Shown here: in pieces, positions 30,408 through 43,964 of the stretch
Position numbering within the stretch: position 1 is the first letter of the stretch
How the letters are laid out: each line of letters begins with the position of its first letter
Assembly: GCF_009914755.1 (NCBI RefSeq)
Contig: NC_060936.1
DNA: 64,000 nucleotides
Direction: 5' to 3' (one strand)
From: the human T2T-CHM13v2.0 reference genome, Homo sapiens
The notes under the pieces: model-generated
Databases searched by the model: none
Told to the model about the DNA's origin: nothing
The model's input: only the letters and a program-made list of their open reading frames with translations
Program-made: the position numbers and the translations under genes

Positions 30408-32093
30408 GTCCATGGGGATTATCTTTTACCAACTTCTTTAAGGTCGTTTTTGGCAAAAAAGAAACGCTTGTCCTCATGGTGGGCCTAGATGCTGCAGGCA
30501 AGATGATGATTCTGTATAAGCTGAAGCTGGTTGAGATTGTGACCACTGTTCCCATCACAGGCTTCAATGCAGATACATGGAGTCTAGGAACGTCAGCTTC
30601 ACTGTGTGGGACATGGCAGGCCAGCACAAGATCTGGCCTCTGTGGTGCCACTACTTCCAGAACACATAAGGCCTGATCTTTATGGAGGACAGTAGTGACA
30701 GAGAGCACATGAACAAGGCCCATGAGGAGCTCATGAGGATGTTGGCTGAGGATGAGCTCTGGAATGCGGTCCCCCTGGTGTTCCCAACAAGTAGGCCCTT
30801 CTCAACACCATGAACACCACTGAGATCACAGACAAGCTGGGGCTGCATTCCCTGCTCCACAGGAACTGATACATTCAGGCCACCTGTGGCACCTGTGGTG
30901 ACCAGCTCCATGAAGGACTGGACTGGCTGTCCAGTCAGCTCCAGAACTGGAAGTGAATGTGACACCCTTCTCCATCTCCCTCGTCCTCTTAAAACCTCTT
31001 CTTTACTCCCATGTGGCAAAAAGCTCTGTACTGTGAATGCCAGAAACTGCCTTTGTGGTTTGGCTTATTGTGTGCGTTGCACTGTGCTGTAAATGTGGCA
31101 GAAGCAGCCTGTGGCCAGGCTTTTCATTAAATGTAAATAGGTTTTGTTTCCAACAAGACAGTTTCTGGTAGTCACATGCAATATTACTCAGCTTTTTTTT
31201 TTAATTGTAAAAAATAAAATCAACTCACTGGTCAGTGCTGAGAGAGATTGTAGGCCCGTGGGCACCTGGCCTCTGGGATTGATCACTGTTTTGGGATTAC
31301 TGGATGCACCCCTGGCTTTAGAGCTATGTTGAAATCCATTCTTGTGGTTGGTTTTAAGCCTGAACTCAGCCATTTTTAAAATGGTTAAAAATCCAAGTTG
31401 AGAACACTTGAACACACAGAAGGGAGACCCTGCCTAGTGTGGATTTGCAGTTATGGCCTGGATGCTAGTCATCAGCTTGGCTGTTCCCCTCAGGAATGTG
31501 AGGTGGTGGCCTGTCAGACCACATCAATTCTGCATGATTGCAATAGAGATCCCTGTGACTCACCTGTTCTTGGGTCACTTTGCATCCTATAGCCTTATGC
31601 TTGTCCCTGTGCTTCCATGGTTCCTAAGGGCTGGGCTAGGAACCCATTGCCAGCCCACTCTCCCCTAGGCTGGTCAGCTGCCCATCCACCTGCCCACAGC
31701 CAGCTCAGGGGACACAGGCCCCACCTGTCCCTTGGTAAGCATATGGCCAGAGTGGGCTCATTGCCTCCAGAACTGACACTCTCTCAGACATATTGGTGGG
31801 ATGTCTTTGGCATCACCAGCAGGAGTGTGTGTGAGCCAGGCAGGCCATGCTTCTAAACCTACAGACCCTTGGAAGCACCCTATCTCCATGTATGACATAG
31901 CTTTCTCTCCCTTAGCTTGCAAGAGTCCAATTTGCTATCAAAAAAGATGACCTCTACTTTTTCTTTTGTATTTTGATGAATACTGCAGAAGCTGGAGCTG
32001 TTAAATTATCTTGGGTAAAACCTCAGAACCGGTCTGTTTGATGTCAGGGAATCTTACTTGTTTCAATACACAATTAATAAAAGAAAATGAAAA
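30408..32093 (+). pseudogene. ARF1: Processed pseudogene of ADP-ribosylation factor 1 (CDS 30412-30956, 3'UTR and A-rich tail)
   Basis: Intronless; translates in pieces to [87 protein letters not shown]. The C-terminus and 3'UTR match recalled ARF1 rather than ARF3. Three frameshifts (~30427, ~30576, ~30785) and stops TAA 30667, TAG 30792, TGA 30867. Confidence 0.95.
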
Positions 32094-32419
32094 TAATTGC
32101 TCTTCAAAATAGATTTCTCCTCTGTCATAGCAGATACACTGAAGCTGCAATTATGACACAGTTACCCTTTGCAAAATTGCGCATAAACTTACTTTCTCCT
32201 CATTGAAATATGGGAGTCTTCCTGGCTGACTATGCTGTCAGTGTAGTTTCTGAACAGCTGCTAGAAGCGGACTGGACATCTTGGACCCACTCAGGGCACC
32301 AGATGCCCTGCATTAGGGGACTGCTTAGGACTGTTTAAAGCATGGAATTGAGAGGAATTTTTAACTCAACAGCAGAGGAAGTTTTAGTGTGGGCAAAGAG
32401 GCCACTAAAAATACTTTGT

Positions 32420-32766
32420 AAGTACTAGTTTCCTGTGGCTTCTGTGACAAATTACTACAAGTGCAGGAGCTTAAAACAACACAGGATTTATTCTCTTAAA
32501 GTTTGGGAGGCCAGAAGTCGAAAACCAAGGTATTTTCAGGACGATGCTCCTTCTGCAGGCTTCAGGGCAGAATCTGTTTCCTTCCCTATTTCAGCTTCTA
32601 GAGGTCACCTGCATTGTTTGAGGATGGCCCCTTCCTTTCCTATTCCTTACCTCCAATCTTTCGCTTCTGTCCTCATATCTCCTTCTACTGAGTCTGATCT
32701 TTCTGCCTAGCTCTAATAAGGACCTTGTGATTCCATTAGTGATAACTGGATAATCTAGGATCATCT
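32420..32766 (-). mobile_element. MaLR LTR (MLT1B-D-like), cut off by L1
   Basis: tagtttcctgtggcttctgtgacaaattactacaa...gcttaaaacaacac...taaggaccttgtgatt...ggataatctagg. Confidence 0.8.
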
Positions 32767-32767
32767 G

Positions 32768-35371
32768 TTTTCTTTCTTTTTTTTTTAATTTTAGGTCTAG
32801 GGGTACATGTGCAGGTTTGTTATATAGGTAAACTTGTGTCACAGGAGTTTGTTCTGTAAATGATTTCATCACCCAGGTACTATACCTAGTGCCCAACAGT
32901 TATTTTTTTCTGTTTCTCTCCCTTCTCCCAAACTCTACCCTCCAGTAGGCCCCTATGTTTGTTGTTCTCTTCTTCTCTTGGTGTCCATTTGATCTCATTA
33001 TTTAGCTCCCACTTATAAGTCACAACATGTGGCATTTGGTTTTCTGTTTCTGCATTAGTTTGCTAAGGATTATGGCTTCCAGCTCTATCCATGTTCCTGC
33101 AAAGGACATGATCTTGATCTTTTTATGGCTGCATAGTATTCCATGGTATATATGTACCACATTTTCTTTAATATGTCATTAATGGGCATTTAGATTGATT
33201 CTATGTGTTTACTATTGTGAATAGTGCTGCAGTGAACATATGTGTGCATGTGTCTTTATGGTAGAACAATTTATACTCCTTTGGGTATACACCCAGTAAT
33301 GGGATTGCTGGGCTGAATGGTAGTTCTGTTTTTAGCTCTTTGAGGAATCACCACACTGCTTTCCACAATGGCTGAACTAATTTACACTCTCACCAACAGT
33401 ATATAAGTGTTCCCTTTTCTTCACAACCTCGCCAGCATCTGTTATGTTTTGACTTTTTAATAGTAGCCATTCTGACTGGTGTGAGATGGTATCTCATTGT
33501 GGTTTTGCTTTGCCTTTCTCTGATTATGAGCGATACTGAGCTTTTTTTCCCCCATGTTTGTTGACTCTATTTATGTCTTCTTTTAAAAACTGTCTGTTCA
33601 TGTCCTTTGCTCACTTTTTAATGGGGTTGTTGTTTTCTTGTAAATTTATTTAAATCCCTTATAGATGCTGGATATTAGATTTTTGCCAGATGCATAATTT
33701 GCAGATACTTTCTCCCAATCTGTAAGTTGTCTGTTTACTCTGTTAATAGTTTCTTTTGCTATGCAGAAGCTCTTAAATTTAATTAGATCCCATTTGTCAA
33801 TTTTTGCTTTTGTTGCAATTGGTTTTGGGATCTTCCTCATGAAATCCTTGCCAGTTCCTATGGTATTGCCTAGGTTGTCTTCCAGGGTTTTTATAGTTTT
33901 GGGTTTTACATTTAAATCTTTAATCCATCTTGAGCTGATTTTTGTATATGGTGTAAGGAAGGGGTCCAGTTTCATCTTCTGAATATGGCTAGTCAATTAT
34001 CCCAGCAACATTTATTGACTAGGCAGTCCTTTTCCCATTGGTTGTTTTTGTCAGCTTTGTCGAAGATTGGATGGTTGTAGGTGTGCAGCCTTATTTCTGG
34101 GCTCTCTATTCTGTTCCATTGGTCTATGTGTCTATTTTTGTACTAGTATTGTGCTGTTTGGATTACTGTAGCCCTGTAGTATGGAAATCAGGTAACATGA
34201 TATCTCCAGCTCTGTTCTTTTGGCTTAGGATTGCCTTGGCTATTCAAGCTTTTTCTTTGGTTCCATATGAATTTTAAAATAGTTTTTTTCTAGTTTTGTG
34301 AAGAATGTCATTGGTAATTTGATTAGGAATAGGATCAAATCTGTAAACTGCTTTGGGTAGTACGGCTATTTTAACAATATCGATTATTTCCATCCATGAG
34401 CATGGAATGTTTTTCCATTTGTTTGTGTCATCTCTGATTTATTTGAGCAGCATTTTGTAATTCGCATTGTAGGGATCTTTCATCTCCCTGGTTAGCTGTA
34501 TTCCTGGGTATTTTATTCTTTTTGTGGCAATTGTGAATGGGTTTGCATTCCTGATTTGGCTCTTGGTTTGGCTGTTGTTGGTGTATAGGAATGCTAGTGA
34601 TTTTTGTACATGGGTTTTGTATCCTGAAACTTTACTGAGGTTGTTTAACAGTTGAAGGAGATTTTGGGCTATGACTCTGGGGTTTTCTAGATATAGACTC
34701 ATGTTGTCCGCAAACAGGTATAGTTTGACTTCCTCTTTTCCTGTTTGGATGCCCTTTATTTCTTTCTCTTGCCTGATTTCTCTGGTCAGAACTTCCAATA
34801 CTATGTTGAATGGAAGTGGTGAGAGAGGGCATCTTTGTTTTGTGCTGGTTTTCAAGGGGAATGCTTCTAGCTTTTGCTCATTCAGTGTTATGTTGGCGGT
34901 GGGTTTGTTATGGATGGCTCTTATTATTTTGGGGTATGTTCCTTCAATACCTAGTTTATTGAGAGTTTTTACATGAAGGGATGTGAATTTTATCAAAGGC
35001 CTTTTCTGCATCTATTGAGATCATGTGATTTTTCTCTTTCATTCTGTTTATATGATGAATCACATTCATTGATTTGCATATGTTGAACCAGCCTTGCATC
35101 CGAGGCATAAAGCCTACTTGACTGTGATGGATTAGTTTTTTGATGTGCTGCTGGATTTAGTTTGCAAGTATTTTGTTGAGGATCTTTATATCAATCTTTA
35201 TCAAGGATATTGGCCTGAAGTTTTCATTTATTTTTGTGTCTCTGCCAGGTTTTGGTATCAGGGTGATGCTGGCCTCAAAGAATGAGTTGGGAAGGAGTCC
35301 TTCCTCTTCAATGTTTTGGAATAGTTTCAGTAGGAATGGTACCAGCTCTTCTTTTTACCTTTAGTAGAATT
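32768..35371 (-). mobile_element. 5'-truncated L1 (older L1PA, roughly PA13-16), ORF2 RT/C-terminal part and 3'UTR
   Basis: Poly-T at 32768; ORFs 34439-35011 ([23 protein letters not shown]) and 33646-33996 are degenerate ORF2p. Confidence 0.95.
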
Positions 35372-36892
35372 AAGCAATCCTAAGCAAAAAGAGCAAAGTT
35401 GGAGGCATCACATTACCTGATTTCAAATTTTACTACAAGGCTATTGTAATCCAAACAGCATAGTACTAGTGTAAAAATAGACACATAGATCAACAGAACA
35501 GAATAGAGAATAGAAATAAAGCCACATAGCTATAACCACCCGATCTTTGGCAAGTTGACAGAGATATACAATGGGGAAAGGACACCCTATTCAAAAAATG
35601 GTGCTGGGAAAATTGGATAGCTATATGCAGAAGAATAAAATTGGATTCCTATCTCTCAACATATATAAAAACTAACTCAAGATTGATTAAATACTTAAAT
35701 ATAAAACCTGAAACTATAAAAATTCTAGAAGAAAACTTAAGGAAACCTCTTCAGGACATTGGCCTATGCACAGAATAATTGACTAAGACCTTAAAAGCAA
35801 ATGTGACAAACCCAAAAATAGACAAATGGGATTTAATTAAACTAAAAAGCTTCTGCACAGCAAAAGAAATGATCAATAAACATCCAACTTACACAATGGG
35901 AGAAAAAATTTGGAAACTGTGTTTCTGACAAAGGACTAAATATTCAGAATCTGCAACAAACTCAAACAACTCAACAAGAAAAAAAGAAATAACCTCATTA
36001 AAAAGTGGGCAAAGGACATGAACAGAAAATTCTCAACAGATAACAAACATGAAAAAATACTGAACATCATTTATTATCAGAGAAATGCAAACTAAAACCA
36101 CAATAAGAGACCATCTCACACCAGTCACAATGGCTATTACTAAAAACTAAAGAAAAAAAACCCCAACAGATATTGAAAAGGATGCAGAGAAAAGAGAATG
36201 CTTATACACTGTTGATGGGAATGTAAATTAGCACAATCACCATGGAAAGCAGTATGGAAATTTCTCAAAGAACAAAAATAAAACTACCTTCTTATTCAGC
36301 AATCCCACTACAGGGCATCTATGAAAAGGGAAAGAAATTATTATATCAAAAAGATATTGGCACTTGTATGTTTATTGCAGCACAATTCACAATAGTAAAG
36401 ATATGGAATCAACCTAAGTGTCCATCAATGGAGGACTGGATAAAGAAAATGTGGTATCTATATACCCTGGAATACTACTCAGCCATAAAAAAGAATAAAA
36501 TCTTGTCTTTTCAGCAACATGGGTGGAGCTGGAGACTATTATCCTAAGTAAAATAACTCAGAAACAGAAAATCAAATACCACTTATAAGTGGGAACTAAA
36601 CAATGGGTACACCTGGACATGGACATATAGATGGAAATAATAAATACTGGAGGCTCCAAAAAGGATGAGGGTCAGAAGAGGGTGAGAGTTGAAAAATTAC
36701 ATGTTGGATACAATGTTCTTTATTCATGTGATGAGTACACTAGAATCCCAAATTCCACCATACACAATATAACAATGTTCATTATTCATGTGATGAGTAC
36801 ATTAGAAGCCCAAACTCTGCCATACACAATATATCCATGTAACAAACCTGCACACATGTACCTTCTGAATCTATAAATTTTTAAAAATAAAA
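35372..36892 (+). mobile_element. 5'-truncated L1 (L1PB-like), ORF2 C-terminal part and 3'UTR
   Basis: aagcaatcctaagcaaaaag...; ORF 36242-36547 contains CMFIAAQFTIVKIWNQPKCPS; PB-type 3'UTR and A-rich end. Confidence 0.93.
36710..36833. repeat. 62-bp tandem duplication in the L1 3'UTR
   Basis: acaatgttc.ttattcatgtgatgagtaca.taga...catacacaatata twice, with several mismatches. Confidence 0.9.
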
Positions 36893-36977
36893 CAATTTGC
36901 ATAATTTCAGAGTATTCTGTTGTATGAATATGCATACTTTTATTTTATATTAATATTTTATTGAGTGATTGCTTGCT

Positions 36978-37095
36978 GGAGACAGGATCTCACTATTTTC
37001 ACCAAGCTGGTCTCAAACTCCTGGCCTCAAGCAATGCTCCTGCCTCTGCCTATGAAAGTGCTGGGATTACCAGCATGAACCACCATGACCAACCC
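36978..37095 (-). mobile_element. FLAM / Alu monomer
   Basis: gagacaggatctcact...ctggtctcaaactcctggcctcaagcaat...gctgggattac. Confidence 0.85.
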
Positions 37096-37099
37096 TAAA

Positions 37100-38330
37100 A
37101 TTTTATCTATTAAAAAATATTCGTGGGCATCTTCAATACTGTTAAATGACTTTAAAAACTGGACAAAAATGTTTTAAAAAGGAGTGAATATTTTAAAGCA
37201 CATATTAATAGTGTAAATAGTCATCTGGAAGCATTGAATGTGTTCATGCTTCTTCCATGGTTTATGAGAATGCCTGATTCCATATGTTCTCATGAGTATT
37301 GAATAATGTCATGCTTTTAAAAATCTTTTCCAATTAGATATTTAAAAATTGTCTTCTCGATGAAGCATATTTTGTCCCTGTTTTTTAGCCATCTGTATTT
37401 CTTCTCTGTTGCATTGTCTGCTTGGAGTGGCAAAACATTTGAAGTTTTGCTATATTAAAAGTATGCCCTTATGGTTTCTGTTTTTATCACTGCTTAAAAA
37501 AATGTATCCTAATATCAAATAAATCCTGATCTAGTTAATTCATGATTTTACTTTTTAAATTCAACTTATTTATTTATTTCAAGTTTATGTTTCTCTAATG
37601 TCCAAGGTGGGATCTAATTTCATTTTTCGTTTCTGAAAGGTAAACTAATTGTTCTAGAAAGAACTACTGACTTATCTATCTGTATCAGTTAGGAATTTCT
37701 TTAAATAGGATAATGAAGCTGACAATGATGAAGCTTTTCAGTTAAATGATAATCTCTAGCTTTTAATCAGAGTGGTGGACCATTTATATTTAATGTAATT
37801 ATTAATATGGTTGAGTTTAAATCAACTTTCTCATATTTGTTTTCTATTTGTTACACTATTTATATTCCTCCTTAAAATCCTTGTTTTATATTAAGTAATT
37901 TTAAGTATTTTATTTCAACTATTGATTTATTTGCTATTCTTTTTGCTATTTTTCTTAGTGGTTGCTCTAGAGTTTAGAATACACATTTTAAAACTTATCA
38001 GAGCCTACTATGAAATACTATTACACTACTTCACATGAAATGCAGACTCTTACAGCAGCAAAATTTTAGTATCCCCTCCCTATTCTTTGGGCTTTCACTG
38101 TCATATATTTTATTTCTGCATATGTTCTAAACTTCACAATACATTATTGTTATTTTGCTTTAAGCATAAAACAAATGAACAAATGAGAAAAAATATTTTT
38201 ATTTACTTACATATTTACCACCTCCAGCACACATTATTCCTTTCTGTAAATCTGAATTTTAATGTTATCATTTTCCTTCTACTTGTAGAACTTTCTTAAC
38301 ATTTATTGTAGTGCAAGTGTGGACTATATT
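37100..38330 (-). mobile_element. Old L1M (MC/ME-like) fragments
   Basis: T-rich; ccatttatatttaatgtaattattaatatggttgagtttaaatc resembles an L1MC 3' region. Confidence 0.5.
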
Positions 38331-41300
38331 TTATGAAATAAATACTGATTTAAATCAATCAATCAAATCAGTCAATATCTTCTATTTACAAAAGTCAATC
38401 ATTTTAAGAGTCTACTCTTCTTTGTAGTCTTTAGAATATTTTTAATTTTTATTTCTCTGAAATTTCTTTCTATAGTTCCAAGTGTGAATTTTTCCTCTTT
38501 GTTTATTGTCAAAGTGAGATTTATTTAGTCTTGAGCTTCTCAAACGTACAGCGGCTGGATGTGGGTGGAAAGGCATAGTCTTTAATTGACCATTAACTTG
38601 GTAATATTCAAATCCCTTCATATCCATTTCCAAGTTCTTTCATGCGCACAGTTCCCATTTCAATTCTCATTATCCAGAAGGTATTCTTCTAGTAAAACTC
38701 TATTATACCAAGGAAGAAAAGAAATCTTTCTTATTTCCTAATATTCTTGTTACCTAATATTTTTAACTCCTTGATTTATGTAACACATGAAACATCACAA
38801 TTCCCAATGTACACAGTCACCAAGGCTCCTCTCTGTTGGCTTCCACACACAAATCTTTACATGTGGAGGGTCTATACTTCCCAGAAACCATGTCTTATTG
38901 TAGGTTGTTTCTCTTACCTCTCAGCTACTTTTACAGGAATTATTGTCTCCAACTAAATGTTGGAAATTAGTTTTGGCTGAGAGTGAGGCAGTGATGTGTC
39001 TAACTCAATTGGACTGATGTAATGCTTCTGTAAGAAAAATGGGTACATTTTTATTAATATTGATGATTTGAAAACTATATTTCTAGATTTTACATATTCC
39101 CTCCTTGAAATGGGATACCATCATCCAAAACTAATCAATTGTTGGGGGGGGGGTGGTCTTTAAATTGCTCTGTACTTCCATCCTGCTTATTATCTTGACT
39201 TCTATTTGTTTGAGAAATAAGCTCGAAATGTAATTATCTCAAATAAGGAGACTTCAAGTCTGGAATATAATGCTTAGAAAAGTAATTGGCTTTTAATGCT
39301 CTTACTCATGATCCCTAAGGCTCTATTTGGATGAAAATACCAGAGACACTTGGAAAACTGTCTCTAAAAAACTTTAATGATGATTGACTTGATTCAGAAA
39401 AATTATTCACTAACCCCCACCTCATTCTCTATGTTAAATATTGAAATATAAAGTTATTGACTCTTAGTCAAATAACGAACTTGGCCACGTATGCCTGTTT
39501 CAGCTGTGGTAGCTTACTTCTGCAGGGTCAAGTAGTTCCAAATGAAATTGAATAAACATGGGGGTATTCAGACACCATGGATTATATTTAAATCCTAGAC
39601 ATTAAAATTTACGTGGATTTGAGACAGCATTTGTTGAAAATAACATAGTAGGAAGGCTTTCTTCTTCAATATCCTCAAAGTTAATATTTTTGAATCTCAT
39701 GATACAGGGCTGACTAGTTTCTGAAAAAAAAGAAAGAATAAACCTGTAGTAGTAATTTATCATTCTTGACATTTTTCTTTCAGTTTAATTACCGCTGAGC
39801 AGCAGAACTGACACTTAATAAAAGTAAGAAGCATTTAAAAATCCTCATAGAAAATCTCCACATTACAGGAGAATTGAAAAGCTATAAGATACACCTGACC
39901 ACACCCATCATCTTATTTTATCGTTGAATTTCAAAGTACTCCATGTTAAAGCTTTAAAGACAATGGGACCCCAAAAGAGTAATGTGCTGATAGCCAGTAG
40001 GGCACCTGCTTCTGAGAGTCCATAATGTCTTTAATTTTTAAAGATTTTTAAAAAATCTTGCTCTCTTTTCTCCTCATTACAGTGGTATGGAACCCTGTGG
40101 CCAAAATTCAGAGGGAAGTTGCACTGTTTCCCAAGTGACTCATTTACTATCAAATATCCTGAAAAACCAATCTTTTTGTTCTCTTTTTGCTTGACTGTAA
40201 GAATGAGCCCAGAGGACAGGCCCTTAGATAAGGGCAGAAAGCATAGCCCAATACAATGTAGTTTGATGGGCCAGGAGGTACCTCTGGCCTCTGAATTCTC
40301 CCCTCTCACCTCTCCTGATGCCCAACATTCATATCTTTTGAACATTAATTTTTTTTCAGACTTTCAGAGTCTCCCATTAAAAGGACCCTATTAAAGTAGC
40401 ATTAAGTAGTCTGACAATAAGACCTTTAGGATATAAAATAGAAATAGGAAGAAAGGAGCTACTTTAGGAAGATGATAAGAGAAGATAAACTCTTATTTAA
40501 CCCCCTATTATGCAGTGGACATCTGTGACTTAGGTACAGATATGGAAACTAAAGCTCAGAGATATCCAGTGATTTGCCTAAGGTCACATGGCTAGTTAAT
40601 AGCACGTAAGAGTTTTCAAAGACAAGCATAAGCAAGGTATCTTCCTTCCCACAGTGTAGTACTAAGGTCAGTTTTACATAGTGAATAGTTCCTAAATCAT
40701 TGCAATAAATGGCAATGGCAACAATCACCTTTAGAGATCTGGAGCATTTAAATATTTGTTGAATGAGACAGTAATGATCTGACTTAGTTTTCTGCTGAAA
40801 AAAAAAACCGTGAAAATCCCATTGAAATGAACTGAGATATTATAGATTAATTACTCCTGGAAAGATAGCAAAGCAATATTCTTCAGGTATAAGAAATATA
40901 AGCATCATTTACAAACTTAACACCAGAAATGACTACATAACAAACCTATAAGCTTAGTAACATAGGATGTGGGTTAGATGTGGCAAGAAAATTACACTTA
41001 GAAGAAATAAATCAATTTCCATTAGCCAAATTTCATGGATTAAAAGAATAAGCACACTAGATAAAAGGTAAAAGTTAATGGGATTTTGAAGCAATTTCAT
41101 AACTATTTAAAAATACTCAAGCTACACAGTGTCAAAACAGTCATAAGATATGGGGGGGAAATAATCAAAAGCATAATTACTAGAATTGAATGCTGTTGTT
41201 TTCATGGAATTAAACATCATTTAAAAAGTCAAAAATATTTAGTGAGCCCCAATTAAATGTTTAAAATTCCAATTCTCTTTGACATTCCCACCTCCAAAGA

Positions 41301-42227
41301 AGTATCAGGAGACCTACGCATACCATGTGCTGAATGGCTGGGTGTTATGTAGGACTCAAAGGTGGAAGGAAGTGGTCTCTCTTCCCCTCTAGGAGTTCAC
41401 AACTGGTTGAAGCGACAGATACATATACTTATTATGTCTTCAAAGCCAAGTGGTGTGGTAACTGTTTTAAGAGAGTTTTAGATCTAGTGCTATGGAAGGC
41501 TTGTGAGTGCGACATTAACATTCACGGGTGCTGTTAGTGGTGTTATTTGAAGGAGAGAGAAAGATGTCCCCAAGTTACCTACAGCCTGATTCGGATAAGA
41601 AAACTAATACCCTGGAACATAGATTTTGATTCAGCCAGACTTGTTCTGCCTGTGGGGAGACAGCCTTGAATCGGAAGCAAAACAACTCATTTTATGCTTT
41701 TTCCCCATTCTTTTCTCCCGCTGGCTTGTTGAGATTCTCCCAACGTGATAGTATGTACTTCTATTTTAATGACAAAAGGCTGTCGTGATTTCTCTTGGAC
41801 CACAGTGATTTTGGTATGCTTATCCGTTTTTAAAGTCATGTTGGTGGTTGAATTTATACAAAATGTTTAAAATTTCCTGGAACAAAACCAGCTGTAACTT
41901 ATCAGAGGAAGAAAATAATACAGAAATACTTGCAAACAAAAGAAAAGACAAACAACCCTTCCCTCAAATCTACAAAGAAACTCACACAGACACATCAATT
42001 GCCAGCGTACAATATGATGCTTCTGACCTTTCACCTGTTGAGCTGTTAATGAGTTGTTTCCCTGGTTGTGGCGCTATACCATGAATTATCCACATTTTAT
42101 TCCCTTCATTTGCATGTTCTTAGTATCAGGGTGAATCCAGGTATGTGACTGGGAGAAAATTCTGGCCAGCCAGCTCTGAGAGAGAACATGAGGCCACCTG
42201 TCTGTACCTGCACCTGCTTTTAGATAC

Positions 42228-42670
42228 CCATTGATTCAGTAAACTTCTAATGAGTGCCTACTATGTAGCAGGCACAGTCACAGACATGGGGGATGCACCT
42301 GTGGACAAGGCTGACGCAGCTGCCGCCATCTTGGAATTTACTGTGGGGTCGAGAGGAAGGATGTTACCAACAGGCAAGTGTGAGTTGTATTATAGCTGTA
42401 CATATGGCAAGTGCTTGCTAAGGGAAATGGCGGAAGCATAGAGGTGAGATCTTTAACCTGGAAGTGATGTCCACGTTGTGTCCTAAGGAACACATAGGAG
42501 TTAGCCAAGCGGAGGGCAGGAATGAGGTGGGGGAGTGTTCCAGGCAGGGGAGCAGCATGCATAAAAGCAGAGGCTAGAGGGAGCACGCTTGATGTGCACG
42601 CTGAATGCAGAGAAGGAGGAGGGGAGTTCAGGAGGGGAGGCCAGAGAGGTAAGTGGAACCAGGTCCCAAA
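42228..42670 (-). mobile_element. L2 3' region
   Basis: attcagtaaacttctaatgagtgcctactatgtagcaggcac...gttccaggcaggggagcagcatgcataaa. Confidence 0.75.
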
Positions 42671-43227
42671 AGGTCTGATTTTCTTCACTGAACTCATCTA
42701 CTCTTCTTCTAGAACTCAGCCTGGTGAGATGGGCATTCAATGTTTGTTTTTCTGGTCTGTGATATTTTTCTCATTACCCCACTCCCCAACCTTCCCTTCC
42801 AGGGACACAGCTGGGAACAAGGCTCAAGGCCTCTAGGCTGTATTCACATTAGTATGTATAAAGTCACCATCTCCACTGCTCTTAAGAATCAGCTTGAGTT
42901 TTAGAAGGAGGGAGTGTGTGAACTGAGAGTGTGGTTTTGTGCCTGGTTCAATATATGAAAGGAGTAATTGTGCTTTTGGAGAGTAAAGGGCTCATAGGCT
43001 ATGGGTTTGGAAATTTTCATTGAGTGTCTTCAGTGGAATTTCATTTAGTGGACTCATCGCCTAACTTTCCAGGAAGCTGAGATGCTTAGTGGGAGTTATA
43101 TTTTGGTTTCCCACTGCAAGAGATGTATTGAGGCCTATGTTTTGGCTGTTTTGTTCTTGTGAGATTAGAGAGGCTGCTCTAGATACATTTCCAAACTCAC
43201 CTGGGGATATTGGTGCTCTGTGAGCAT

Positions 43228-43331
43228 TTAAATAATATATATAATTTAAATATATGTATATAATATATAATTTATATAACATGTATGTAATATATATTAT
43301 ATATAATTTAAATAGTTATATATATATATAT
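43228..43331. repeat. TA-rich low-complexity tract at an L1 tail
   Basis: Degenerate (TA)n/(TATAA)n. Confidence 0.85.
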
Positions 43332-43524
43332 AAGTTTAAGTTCAGGAGTACATGTGCAGGTTTGTTACATAAGTAAACGTGTGTCACGGCGATTTGTTGT
43401 ACAGATTATTTCATCGCCCAGGTATTAAGCCTAGTACTTCTTAGTTATTTTTCCTGGTCCTCTCCCTCCTCCCACCCTCCACCCTGCTAAAGGCCCCAGT
43501 GTCTGTTGTTCCCCCTCTATGTGT
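43332..43524 (-). mobile_element. Short L1PA 3'UTR fragment
   Basis: gtacatgtgcaggtttgttacata...ccctcctcccaccctccaccc. Confidence 0.9.
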
Positions 43525-43964
43525 AGGAGAATCTTTAACTGACTGGAAAGCAACGAGGATGTAGCGAAGCTTCCTTATACAGATTCCACTGTGCAGAAGG
43601 GCAAAGCTCTTTTGCCTTCTTGATATGTAAGGCAATGAAAAATATATTGATCCAGTTTATTCTATTGATTTGGAGATGCCTTTTTATGAGGGGAGAGAAG
43701 CAGCTTTTCTTGACCGGAGATGAGACTGACCCTACTGTTATATTAAAAGCATCTTTCTCCAAGGTGAATACCTGTCACTGACCTGGCAGCAGGGATAGCT
43801 CTCTAACTCAAGAGGATGACGGACAATTGAGCTTTAGGCAGTCATTGAAAGACTTGATATTTTTCAAATAGCTTGGTAGAGGGAGTAATTAAGAATGAAG
43901 ATGTCCGTAAGAAACCCTGGCTGTCATTCATTCCAGTCTCAGGACATGTACAGTGCTAGGTCAG

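Noticed and set aside
30412-30956. Functional ARF-family GTPase gene
   Set aside because: Three frameshifts, three in-frame stops, a mutated P-loop, no introns and heavy CpG decay
33646-35011. Reverse-transcriptase gene of a novel system
   Set aside because: Ordinary broken L1 ORF2 fragments; the catalytic FADD reads FADN
32768-36892. Single L1 with a twin-priming 5' inversion
   Set aside because: Both halves have their own 3'UTR and tail, overlap in ORF2 coordinates and look like different subfamilies
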